Shown here: in pieces, positions 8,168 through 16,672 of the stretch
Position numbering within the stretch: position 1 is the stretch's first letter
Layout of the letters: each line of letters starts with the position of its first letter
Virus record (IMG/VR): IMGVR_UViG_3300048854_000076
Location: 1 to 54,182 of that record
DNA from: a virus
Taxonomy: Duplodnaviria > Caudoviricetes
DNA length: 54,182 nucleotides
Reading direction: 5' to 3' (one strand)
Made by a program: the position numbers and the translations under genes
Notes under the pieces: generated by a model
Told to the model about the DNA's origin: nothing
Databases searched by the model: none
The model's input: only the letters and a program-made list of their open reading frames with translations

Positions 8168-10108
8168 ATGACCCAAAAAACCGTTACTCTTCCCGCCGGG
8201 ACAGTGTCCTGGACGGTCCCGCCAGACTGTACCGGGACCGTCGATAGGGTAGGCACGAATGCGGCGGCCGGCGGCGGTGGTGCTGCGCTTGCCGCTGATG
8301 CGCACGGCGGCGGTAGTGGCGGATCTGGCGGCTATTCGGAAAGCTTGAATGTCGTTGTCGGCGCTCCCGGAACGGTCATTCCTGTCAACGTAGGATCAAA
8401 GGGTACTGGTGGTGCTGTAGGCACGAGCAATGCCGGCACCGCAGGCGGCGATACATGGTTCGGCGCAGCCACGCTCGCGCTGTCTACGGTCGGCGCGTCA
8501 GGGGGACAGGGCGGTGCCGGTAGCGGTGGTTCAAGTGCTGCCGGCGGCGCTGGCGGAACAACGTCCAACGCGAAGGGCACGACAAAGCGTGCTGGCGCGG
8601 CTGGCGCCGGGTGCGCGTCGGGCGCGGTACTTCCGGGCGGTGGCGCTGGTGCTCCTGGCACGGACGGCGTCGGCGCTGCCGGCAGTGTTGGGAATGGCAC
8701 AACCTCGGGTGCAGGCGGTGCAGGCGATGCAGGGTCAGGTGGCGCCGGAGGAACTGGATCGACTTCCGGCGTCGGCAAAGCTGGCACATCAAACGCGAAA
8801 GGTGCGGGCGGCGGTAGTGGCGGGTGGGACGGGAAGGGCGGTAACGGCGGCACTCCTGGTGCGGGCGGTGGAGGCGGCAACGGTGGCACAGCGAATGCCG
8901 CTGGTGGCGATGGCGGCGATGGCTCAATCACTATCCTATACACGCAGATCGTTATCGCCGGTACGAGCGCCAGTACGCAGGCGGCGAATACATCGTCTGC
9001 ATCTGGCGCTGTTTCAGTTTCAGGCTCGTCGTCGTCCACGCAAGTTGGTGACGTGTCGTCAGCGTCTGGTTCGATCGCCGTCTCAGGATCTGCCGGTTCA
9101 ACGCAGCAACCGAACACGAGCGCCGCCAGTGGATCGGTAGGGTCGTCTGCCATTACTGGCACAGCATCGTCGACACAAGCGCCAAACACGTCTGCGGCGT
9201 CTGGCTCGGTAGGGGTCTCTGGCATCGCGTCATCGCTGCAGGCGGCTAACTCGGCGTCTGCATCAGGCTTGGTACTGATCTCCGGCTCAGGTTCGATCAC
9301 TCAGCAGAGCAACGTCAGCAGCGCGTCCGGGAAGGCGTCTGTATCCGGCGTTGGGTCATCTACCCAGCAGAAAAACACGAGTGCGGCCGCTGGCTCTGTC
9401 GGCATCACCGGATCGGCGGCAAGCATCCAGGCGCCGAACGTGTCGAGCGCATCCGGCGCGATCGGTAACGTCGTGCAGGGAAGCGCGGCGAGCACGCAAA
9501 ACGCCAACACATCGGCGGCGTCAGGGTCCGTTTCAATTTCGGGCTCCGGCGCGTCGACGCAGGGCAAAAACTCGTCGGCTTCATCAGGGCTCGTGCTGGT
9601 CAGCGGATCGGCCGCATCGACGCAGGCCAAGAATGTCAGCGCGGCATCTGGTGCAATCGGCTCTCCGCCGATCACTGGCACGGCTGCGTCGACGCAAGCC
9701 GCAAACGTCAGTGCTGCGGCCGGATCGGTAAAGATCACTGGTTCTGCCGCATCTATGCAGGCAGCCAATATCGGCTCTGCGTCGGGCAGCGTTGGCGTCG
9801 CCGGTTCTGCAAGTTCAGTTCAGCAGCCAAACGTGTCGTCGGCATCCGGCTCGGTCATTGGCGCGCCGATCACAGGTTATGCGGCAAGCGTTCAGCAGCC
9901 GAATGTGAGCGCTGCGTCGGGCCGCGTGATCTCGGCTGTCATCGTTCCGGTGACGATTGCCGTTGCCGGTGACAACCGCGTCTGCAATGTTGGCGCTGAA
10001 AGCCGTGTGCGCACTCTCGAGCGCGATGCGCGCGTGATTGCCGTTGGCATTGATGCGCGCGTTTCCGCTGTACCCGCAGACGTTCGCATCATCAAAGTCG
10101 CCGCTTAA
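8168..10108 (+). CDS. Glycine-rich tip domain + 15 repeats of ~21 aa + 5 repeats of 9 aa (rope-like fibre protein)
   Basis: Repeats directly visible in the translation. Confidence 0.7.
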   Translation: MTQKTVTLPAGTVSWTVPPDCTGTVDRVGTNAAAGGGGAALAADAHGGGSGGSGGYSESLNVVVGAPGTVIPVNVGSKGTGGAVGTSNAGTAGGDTWFGAATLALSTVGASGGQGGAGSGGSSAAGGAGGTTSNAKGTTKRAGAAGAGCASGAVLPGGGAGAPGTDGVGAAGSVGNGTTSGAGGAGDAGSGGAGGTGSTSGVGKAGTSNAKGAGGGSGGWDGKGGNGGTPGAGGGGGNGGTANAAGGDGGDGSITILYTQIVIAGTSASTQAANTSSASGAVSVSGSSSSTQVGDVSSASGSIAVSGSAGSTQQPNTSAASGSVGSSAITGTASSTQAPNTSAASGSVGVSGIASSLQAANSASASGLVLISGSGSITQQSNVSSASGKASVSGVGSSTQQKNTSAAAGSVGITGSAASIQAPNVSSASGAIGNVVQGSAASTQNANTSAASGSVSISGSGASTQGKNSSASSGLVLVSGSAASTQAKNVSAASGAIGSPPITGTAASTQAANVSAAAGSVKITGSAASMQAANIGSASGSVGVAGSASSVQQPNVSSASGSVIGAPITGYAASVQQPNVSAASGRVISAVIVPVTIAVAGDNRVCNVGAESRVRTLERDARVIAVGIDARVSAVPADVRIIKVAA

Positions 10109-10155
10109 ACCTGGATGCCTCGCCAAGTGCGGGGCGTTCGCATTTGGACTTCCGC

Positions 10156-10482
10156 ATGGCAAACCCGCCACAGTTTCCGTTGCTCTACAAAGATCCGAGC
10201 GCGACGCTTGATTTCGGCTTTGATTTGGCGGCTCCTAGGCCAAGTACGGTCTGGCTCGCCACAAACGAGGTAGTCACCAGCGTTACGGTCACAGCGGATA
10301 CCGGCATCACAGCCGGCGCAGGGACCATCAGTGCTAACTCTTCAGGAGTCGCCGGTAGTCTGCTCTTGTCGATGATCTCGGGCGGCGCCGTTGGCGTCAC
10401 CTATCTCGTGCACTTCCTTTTCTCGACCAATCAAGGGCGCACCGATACGCGCTCGATCCAAATCTGCGTTGCTCAACGCTGA
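10156..10482 (+). CDS. Fibre adaptor-like protein
   Basis: KDPSATLDFGFD..WL..GG.VG.TY....T.QGR.D.RS pattern. Confidence 0.6.
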   Translation: MANPPQFPLLYKDPSATLDFGFDLAAPRPSTVWLATNEVVTSVTVTADTGITAGAGTISANSSGVAGSLLLSMISGGAVGVTYLVHFLFSTNQGRTDTRSIQICVAQR

Positions 10483-10503
10483 TTCACCACTCAGGAAATA
10501 TCC

Positions 10504-10797
10504 ATGTCGAAAACTGTCGTCGTCACCATTGAAACCGTCGAAGCAAATTTCCCCGCCGGCACCGTCGCGGCTGGCATCTTGTTCACGCTGTCGGGCGGCG
10601 CTGCTCCCGTGCTCGTCACTGCCGCACCGTTCACGGCCAGCTTTGCCGATGTGGCGGATGGTTCGTACACGGTAACAGCCCAAGCTGTGGCAGCCGATAA
10701 CTCGGCGATCGGAGCAGGCGCTTCGTCGGCTGAGTTCGTGATTGCGAGCGATGTGTCGATCGCGATCCCAAGCGTTGTCACGGTGTCGATCCAGTAA
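10504..10797 (+). CDS. Small Ig-like/beta-sandwich protein
   Basis: AGGA RBS; FADVADGSYTVTAQAV motif. Confidence 0.55.
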   Translation: MSKTVVVTIETVEANFPAGTVAAGILFTLSGGAAPVLVTAAPFTASFADVADGSYTVTAQAVAADNSAIGAGASSAEFVIASDVSIAIPSVVTVSIQ

Positions 10798-10900
10798 TGC
10801 GCAAGGCACTTCGGCGTTGCTGGTTCTTTCGATGGCACTGCCGGCGGAAACCGGCGATCGTCAAAGTGCCTGCCTCCTTCCACATCAGGATCATCGGCAA

Positions 10901-11155
10901 ATGAATATCTATCTCAAAGTGGCTTGCTATGCGGCGCTGATGGCCGTATGGGGCACGTTTGCCTTCTTCGGCAAAACAAGCGTCGAAGGCTTCGTGGCCG
11001 CGATCACTGCCGCGCTTGCTGCGCTGGCTGCGATTCACGCGTCATCAAGCGGCGCATCGGATCAGGCCGCCGCGTCTGTTGCTCCTGCGGCTCCTGCGGC
11101 GCCTGCCGCGCCGCAACCGGCCGCGCCCGCGCCGACCGTCATCGTCCAATCGTGA
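10901..11155 (+). CDS. Two-TM membrane protein with Pro/Ala tail, holin candidate
   Basis: Two hydrophobic segments; AGGA RBS. Confidence 0.55.
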   Translation: MNIYLKVACYAALMAVWGTFAFFGKTSVEGFVAAITAALAALAAIHASSSGASDQAAASVAPAAPAAPAAPQPAAPAPTVIVQS

Positions 11156-11454
11156 TCCGCGCCGCGCTGGTCCTGCTGGCCGCGTCGCTCGGCGGGTGCG
11201 CTATGTACAGCATCACGCCGTTCTATGACGCCGGTGCGCAGAAGGTCATTTGCTGCCGCGCATATGCGTGGTCTGCGAAAGACGCCGCGACCGTGAATTT
11301 CTTTGCCACCGAGACGAATGGAATTTACGTCATCCATTTCGTTGAGACGGGCGTCAACGCATCGACGCCGATAGCATCCGCCGCAATTGCCGCTTCCGAC
11401 GTAGCAGGCGCAGTCACCGCTTCGGCTCTCGCAGCCGCCAAGTTCGCCCCCTAG
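11152..11454 (+). CDS. Lipoprotein
   Basis: GTGA overlap; lipobox SLGG-C. Confidence 0.6.
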   Translation: MIRAALVLLAASLGGCAMYSITPFYDAGAQKVICCRAYAWSAKDAATVNFFATETNGIYVIHFVETGVNASTPIASAAIAASDVAGAVTASALAAAKFAP

Positions 11455-11470
11455 ATCTCAGGACATCCCC

Positions 11471-11956
11471 ATGAAATCTCTGTTCATCGCCGCACTCGCG
11501 GCTGTTTGCGTTGCCTTCGCCGGTTGCGCCACTTCGCCTGCTGTTGCTCCCTCCGATACGCCTGCCGTACAGCTCACCCCGGAGCAGATCGCCACGCAGA
11601 AAGTGATCGTGCTAGCGACGAAGGTCAGCAAGCAGTGCACGGTCATCCAGCCATTTCTGCTGAGCCTTTCCGCCGCGCAGAGCCAACTGTCCGACCAAGC
11701 TATTACTTACGTCGTGACGGCATCCAAATACACCGCGCAAGGTTGTTCGGCTGCGGTCGCGTATTTGGCGTCTCCGTCCGGGACCGGTACGCTTTCGCTG
11801 GCTGAAGTGTCGACCATGGTGAATTCAGGCGTTCCGGCACTGATCAAAGCCGTCGATGCGTCGAGCACGATGAACAAAGACGAGAAAGCGGCAGCGGAGA
11901 TTGCGATCACTGCCGCGCAACTCGCCATTTCGACCGCGCTGGCGAACGCGCAATGA
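11471..11956 (+). CDS. Lipoprotein (helical; spanin-like candidate)
   Basis: AGGA RBS; lipobox FAG-C. Confidence 0.65.
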   Translation: MKSLFIAALAAVCVAFAGCATSPAVAPSDTPAVQLTPEQIATQKVIVLATKVSKQCTVIQPFLLSLSAAQSQLSDQAITYVVTASKYTAQGCSAAVAYLASPSGTGTLSLAEVSTMVNSGVPALIKAVDASSTMNKDEKAAAEIAITAAQLAISTALANAQ

Positions 11957-12315
11957 GTCGCTTCGTCACGCGGCTGATTCTGGGCGCGGCCGACGAGCGG
12001 GACGACGGCAAGTGGATTGTGATGCAGGATCTGGAATACGAATCGGATGTTGCCGGGCAGACGTTCATCGTGCCGGCCGGGTTCGCCACAGATCTCGCAT
12101 CGGTCCCTCGCTTGCCGATCGTCTACCTGCTCACGGGCGGGAAGGCGAACTCGGCGGCCGTCGTCCATGACTGGATATACACAAATAAGATGGTCCCGCG
12201 CGCCGTGGCTGACGCCGTCCTGCGCGAGGCGTCATATGTGACGTACGTCGATCACTGGCGCGCAGATCTTATGTGGGCTGGCGTGAGAGTTTTTGGCTCG
12301 TCACACTGGAAGTAA
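11953..12315 (+). CDS. DUF1353 family protein
   Basis: VPAGF.TDLASVPR and AAVVHDWIY motifs. Confidence 0.85.
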   Translation: MSRFVTRLILGAADERDDGKWIVMQDLEYESDVAGQTFIVPAGFATDLASVPRLPIVYLLTGGKANSAAVVHDWIYTNKMVPRAVADAVLREASYVTYVDHWRADLMWAGVRVFGSSHWK

Positions 12316-12585
12316 CGCAACATCCCGCAGCGCCGCCTCAAACATCCCCCGCACTTCCTCCCACTCATCGTGCCACGGCGTCACCGTCTCGACCTTGCCG
12401 CAATGCAACTCAGAGATGTTGATCCGCCGAAGGCACGAATGCAGCCGGTACATGGGCGAGTCCTCGCCTAAATCCCAATCCGAATACGCTTTACCCCGGA
12501 ACTCCACCACTACGCCATCATCACGCGTCGCGACAATTACACCGTCGGCGCCGCAGCGGGGCATGTAGAGGTGGATGGACGGCAT
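12301..12585 (-). CDS. Hypothetical protein
   Basis: ORF converging on DUF1353; start uncertain. Confidence 0.45.
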   Translation of the reverse strand: MPSIHLYMPRCGADGVIVATRDDGVVVEFRGKAYSDWDLGEDSPMYRLHSCLRRINISELHCGKVETVTPWHDEWEEVRGMFEAALRDVALLPV

Positions 12586-12595
12586 CAGGTAATCG

Positions 12596-12850
12596 TTAAA
12601 GCCACTGCGCCAAGATAGCCTGAAACCGCGCATCGTCCTCCGGTTTCATCGCGCCAGCCTCGGTCGCAAGGCGTCGCCAGTTCTCATAGACCTGCCGCGC
12701 GGTGCCGCGGATTCCCTCGCGCGGCGCTGACCCTGCCGGGTGGCTGGCAGCCAAATCCATGTACGCCTGAAGCTTTTCGGCTAAGCCGTTCGTCGCCTGC
12801 TCATAGTCGTAATAGAGCGGCTGGGTGTGATCGTAGAACGGCATGTTCAT
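12596..12850 (-). CDS. Hypothetical protein
   Basis: AGAGGGG RBS; 84 aa. Confidence 0.6.
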   Translation of the reverse strand: MNMPFYDHTQPLYYDYEQATNGLAEKLQAYMDLAASHPAGSAPREGIRGTARQVYENWRRLATEAGAMKPEDDARFQAILAQWL

Positions 12851-12854
12851 AACC

Positions 12855-13052
12855 CCTCTTTAAGTCATTGATTCTATTACATCGCGATCTGCTGTTTTAT
12901 GGTGTTTATGGAGTCGCTCGAATAGGCATCAAACCCAATGCCAGCAAGGCTTTGCTAGAAATTTATGGGCATACCGTTTCGATTCGCGCCATCGGCCTGA
13001 AACCCTTATTCAGCATAGGGTGTTCAGAATTTGTCATTTAATTCGAGCAGAA
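12855..13052. other. Probable attP region
   Basis: AT-rich non-coding gap just downstream of int; three TTTATGG direct repeats; core not identifiable. Confidence 0.5.
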
Positions 13053-14138
13053 CTACGCACCGGTGATACGGACTTTGACCGGCTCTAATCCGCGCGAATC
13101 CGCATACAAAGCAGCGGTAGCGTCTGACTTGTGGCCGAGCAATGCCTTGGTATCGATAGACCCCTGTTCAAGGTAGAGGCGCTTGGACAGGCTGCGTATT
13201 TCGTGGAATGTCGGGGCTTCTGCATCGGTGATTCCAGCAAGCTTTCTGGCTTCTCTGAATTTATCGGATATGGATTTTGTTTTCACCTTCGCGCCCTTCG
13301 GTACGGCATTGTTGTGATTGACGTGATGGACCAGGTACTTGCTTACGACCCCGGTTGAGCGGCATCGCGCAATTACGTCCGCGAGAGACATTCCGATGGC
13401 GTCCAGGCGAATCTCAAGCGGAATCGCAACCTTCGCCCCTGTCTTGCCGCGCGTGAGCACCGCATATCCATCCGTCTGAAAAGACCTCTCCCATGTGGCT
13501 ATAGTGGACAAGTCCTGAGCAGATACGATCGCTAGCAGCATCGCATTCTGGAGATAAGGTGCGACCTCCGGTGCTTTCTTGAACGTAGCCTTAAATTCCT
13601 CGATCGTCATGCGGCGACGCTGCACTTTGACGTGCGCGCGCTCGGTATCCTCCGCGGGATTCTCTTTCATCCAGCCGAGCGATTTGCCGCGCCGGCAGAT
13701 CATCTTGAGCCGACTCCGGATCTGAATAGCCCACTGAGAATTCCCTTTATCCACGATCTTTTCCAGCATGTCTGCGATGTGCTTCGTCGTCAGGTCCATG
13801 CAGGCGATCGCGCCCAATTCCGTCGCAATCACGCGGTCCCGGTACTTGTACGAGTCCAAGGTCGATTTCTTCCGCGCGCCGTCCGGCATCCGTTTAATCA
13901 GGTCGGCGATCGTCTCCCGTGGTTCTTCCAGGCGATCGGCTAAAGAACGCGTGCGCTTGCTGTTTTCAACGACCAGATTTGCTTCGTGTGCCTCATGAAT
14001 CGCTTGAGCGACCGGAATGCGGCCGAGGATATGCGTCTTGCTGTCGCGCGGGTCGAGCCAAACAAAATAACCTGGACGTGGCTCATGCAGGTGCGGCGGC
14101 CAATGAGCGCGCTTTCTAAGCCTTGGGCGTGCGGCCAT
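13053..14138 (-). CDS. int: Tyrosine integrase (lambda-like)
   Basis: N-terminal arm-binding domain; PTFHEIRSL, LLGHKS and catalytic Y in ALYAD. Confidence 0.95.
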   Translation of the reverse strand: MAARPRLRKRAHWPPHLHEPRPGYFVWLDPRDSKTHILGRIPVAQAIHEAHEANLVVENSKRTRSLADRLEEPRETIADLIKRMPDGARKKSTLDSYKYRDRVIATELGAIACMDLTTKHIADMLEKIVDKGNSQWAIQIRSRLKMICRRGKSLGWMKENPAEDTERAHVKVQRRRMTIEEFKATFKKAPEVAPYLQNAMLLAIVSAQDLSTIATWERSFQTDGYAVLTRGKTGAKVAIPLEIRLDAIGMSLADVIARCRSTGVVSKYLVHHVNHNNAVPKGAKVKTKSISDKFREARKLAGITDAEAPTFHEIRSLSKRLYLEQGSIDTKALLGHKSDATAALYADSRGLEPVKVRITGA

Positions 14139-14140
14139 GA

Positions 14141-14338
14141 TTACCTTGGTATGCGCTGAGCGAGGGTGGGGCGAAGGTTCGCGTCTTGGAACGTGGCGTT
14201 TTCATCGACATAGTAAGCCCGACCGACCTTTACAGGCGCCGGCCAGATCTTTCCTTGGTGGATCCAGTTTCGCGCTGTCACGATATGCGGCGGCGGATCG
14301 AACTCGCGCGCGAGCCATGCATCAAATCTGATTTTCAT
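14141..14338 (-). CDS. xis: Excisionase (lambda Xis-like)
   Basis: W...G.IWPAPVKVGRAYYV motif; immediately upstream of int. Confidence 0.85.
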   Translation of the reverse strand: MKIRFDAWLAREFDPPPHIVTARNWIHQGKIWPAPVKVGRAYYVDENATFQDANLRPTLAQRIPR

Positions 14339-14389
14339 GCTCCACCCCAAGATAAATACGACTGACTCTCAAAAATTCTGGTACGCGCG

Positions 14390-15065
14390 TCATGCTGGCG
14401 TCCGCTTAAACTCGATAACCCACACCCAAGGGTTGGTATCCCAGCCATAGCCCCGCGCAGCATTGAGGCTGTCCCATAGGCTTTCGTATTGGCGTTGTGG
14501 CCACCGAAGGCGCCGGGCGGTCTGCTCCGGCGTTTCGTCGCTTCTGTCATCAGGGCACGTCGCGGCGTGGTCGTGAATCCCTTCCGAAATTGCGTCCTCG
14601 TAGCTGATGCCCTGCAATTGCTCCACGCGCACGCCGGTGACTTCGAGCGTGATGCGCGACGCCCAGCGCGGCATGTGGATGGATGGCTTCCACGATCCAT
14701 AGGCGTATTCGTCTGGCGTAAAGCCCGTCTGCTCTGTAAACCACATCATCGTGCTGCCTCTTTTCGGGCTCATCGTTACTTCGGTACATGTGAGCGAACG
14801 TCTCGCGCACATACAGCCGATCACCCGGTTGCCCATGCGGACTGATTAAAGAGTCGCCAGTCCTCGTATGCCAGATCGCGCCCTGAAGCGGCACGGTCTT
14901 GCCGTCCTTCGTCCGGCCACCGCTCTCTCCGCCGATCGTGGTCGGTTCCCACTTGCCGAGCCGGTTGTTATGCGGAAGCTTCACGACACGCCGCGTCTGC
15001 GTCTTACTTCCATCGAGCAGCGCACGCACCATCGCGCCACTGAATAAAATGGGCCGTTCTTTCAC
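14390..15065 (-). pseudogene. Conserved phage protein (MKERPILFSG..KTQTRR..WKPSIHMPRWASRI family), split by a frameshift near 14725
   Basis: N- and C-terminal signature motifs lie in different frames; one extra base in GACGGGCTTT. Confidence 0.75.
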
Positions 15066-15154
15066 GCTCCACCTCCATCCAAAGCCGCCTTAGCCCGTGC
15101 CATCAGCAGCGCATTTTTCAAATCCATCTCATACTCCCTTATCTAGCGCGGTGG

Positions 15155-15436
15155 TCACTTCGGGGAGGCAAGCGCAAGATGCTTTTTCACGTAAGCCATC
15201 GCCTCGGCTTTTGCATCCTGTTCCGACTCGCCTGTGAACCCGCAGGTATTGTTATAGGGAATGCCGCCGCCGCTTGCCACCCAATACCATCCTGTTTTGC
15301 CGGTGTGCCGGGTACTGTGGGCGTAGACCGATGCAAACTCTGTCTCACCGTCCCACAGTTTGCTAGAGCGCGGGCCAGCACATACCGAGCGCAATCCGGT
15401 TTCAGCGGGTTCTTTCTTCCATCTCAAAGCCATCAC
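15155..15436 (-). CDS. Hypothetical protein
   Basis: GGGGAG RBS; LRWKK.P.ETGL..V.AGPR. Confidence 0.65.
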   Translation of the reverse strand: MMALRWKKEPAETGLRSVCAGPRSSKLWDGETEFASVYAHSTRHTGKTGWYWVASGGGIPYNNTCGFTGESEQDAKAEAMAYVKKHLALASPK

Positions 15437-15445
15437 ATCTCCCCG

Positions 15446-16105
15446 TTAAATATCGCTTACATCGCCTGCTGGTTTCTCGGGCGGTGCTGACTTCAGGGCA
15501 CGGATCATCGCCGCGAGATAGCTGGCCGTCTGCTTGCGATCCATGGTCTTAAAGCCATTCTCAGCCTCATGACAAACCGCCGCGCACTCCTCGATGACCG
15601 CATCCCGCGCTTGGGAAATATGGTCCGCTGGCGTGGCGCGGGTGGCGTAGACGATGCGCGTTTCAAAGATCATCGGCTTGTTGCGCATGTGAGCGAAAGC
15701 GTCTTCGCTGAAATCGGCCCATGCTTGATAGCCTATTGGTCGGCCCTGATAGATCGCCACCGGTTGCGCATCATCTGCCGACTGACAAATCGGCGCGTTC
15801 AACTGTTCACGGGTTACGGTGCGCTCCCGCTCAAGCTGCGCAATTGATTCTTTGGATGCAGCTACTGATTTTTCAATATCGGCCAACAGCTTTGGGTCGG
15901 TCTTGAGAGCGTCCAGTATTTCGTAGTAGGGCTTGTAGGGGGCATCATCTGCGCCCTGCGTGCGAGTAGTGGCGGCAAGTTCGGCGCGAGCCTGCCAGCC
16001 ATCCCACATGTCATCGGTATATGTGTTCACATAGCCGTCGCCTTTTCGTGCATGACTGATAAGGCGTGCATTGCACCAGTATTCGAAAGATTCGCGCTCA
16101 GTCAT
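15446..16105 (-). CDS. Hypothetical mosaic phage protein
   Basis: ATGA overlap; ERESFE.W..W.GWQAR and IEECA..C modules. Confidence 0.65.
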   Translation of the reverse strand: MTERESFEYWCNARLISHARKGDGYVNTYTDDMWDGWQARAELAATTRTQGADDAPYKPYYEILDALKTDPKLLADIEKSVAASKESIAQLERERTVTREQLNAPICQSADDAQPVAIYQGRPIGYQAWADFSEDAFAHMRNKPMIFETRIVYATRATPADHISQARDAVIEECAAVCHEAENGFKTMDRKQTASYLAAMIRALKSAPPEKPAGDVSDI

Positions 16106-16662
16106 TTTGTCGCTCCGTTCGCTTGCAGGAGGGCACGGCAAAGTTTCACCATGTCTCGCCCCTCAATCCGGCACTCTCCGTCGATCCAAGAGCAGGCGTC
16201 GAACTCGTCAACGATGGCGCTGATCTGCTCATCCGTCAGAACGCTAGGGGCGGGATTGGCTTGCGGTGCGGCGTGGTTAGGCAAAATCCCCCAGAACTTC
16301 TTTCCGAGCGCGACCCGCATGTGCGGCTCTTCGGGGCAATCTTCAGGGCTGTTGGGCCGCAGGATTAGAAACGCCTCATCAAGCAACGATTTAACGATAA
16401 CGCCCGTGTGAAAAGCTCCTTGCTTGACCGCCACCGGCACGCTACTCGCGCTCGGCGAAGGGGCGGCGATCTGCATCGCGGTAAAGACGCGGGTTACGTC
16501 TGCTATGTACCCTTCCATCAGCTTAGGGCTGTAGTCTTCGAGTTCAGACGCGGTGCATTGGACAAGAGCCATCAAGCCAGCGTTGAGCATCTTTTCGGTG
16601 ATCGCTACGGGCTCGCCTGCCGCCTGAGCAATCGGAGTGCGGGGTGTGGGGGTGGTGGTCAT
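16102..16662 (-). CDS. Hypothetical mosaic phage protein
   Basis: TAAGGA RBS; EPVA and LTDEQI modules. Confidence 0.65.
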   Translation of the reverse strand: MTTTPTPRTPIAQAAGEPVAITEKMLNAGLMALVQCTASELEDYSPKLMEGYIADVTRVFTAMQIAAPSPSASSVPVAVKQGAFHTGVIVKSLLDEAFLILRPNSPEDCPEEPHMRVALGKKFWGILPNHAAPQANPAPSVLTDEQISAIVDEFDACSWIDGECRIEGRDMVKLCRALLQANGATK

Positions 16663-16672
16663 GGTTTATTCC

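Noticed and set aside
8950-9930. Ser/Ala/Gly repeats as ice-nucleation protein or a DNA tandem repeat
   Set aside because: Period is 21 aa without the AGYGST motif, and DNA copies are highly diverged.
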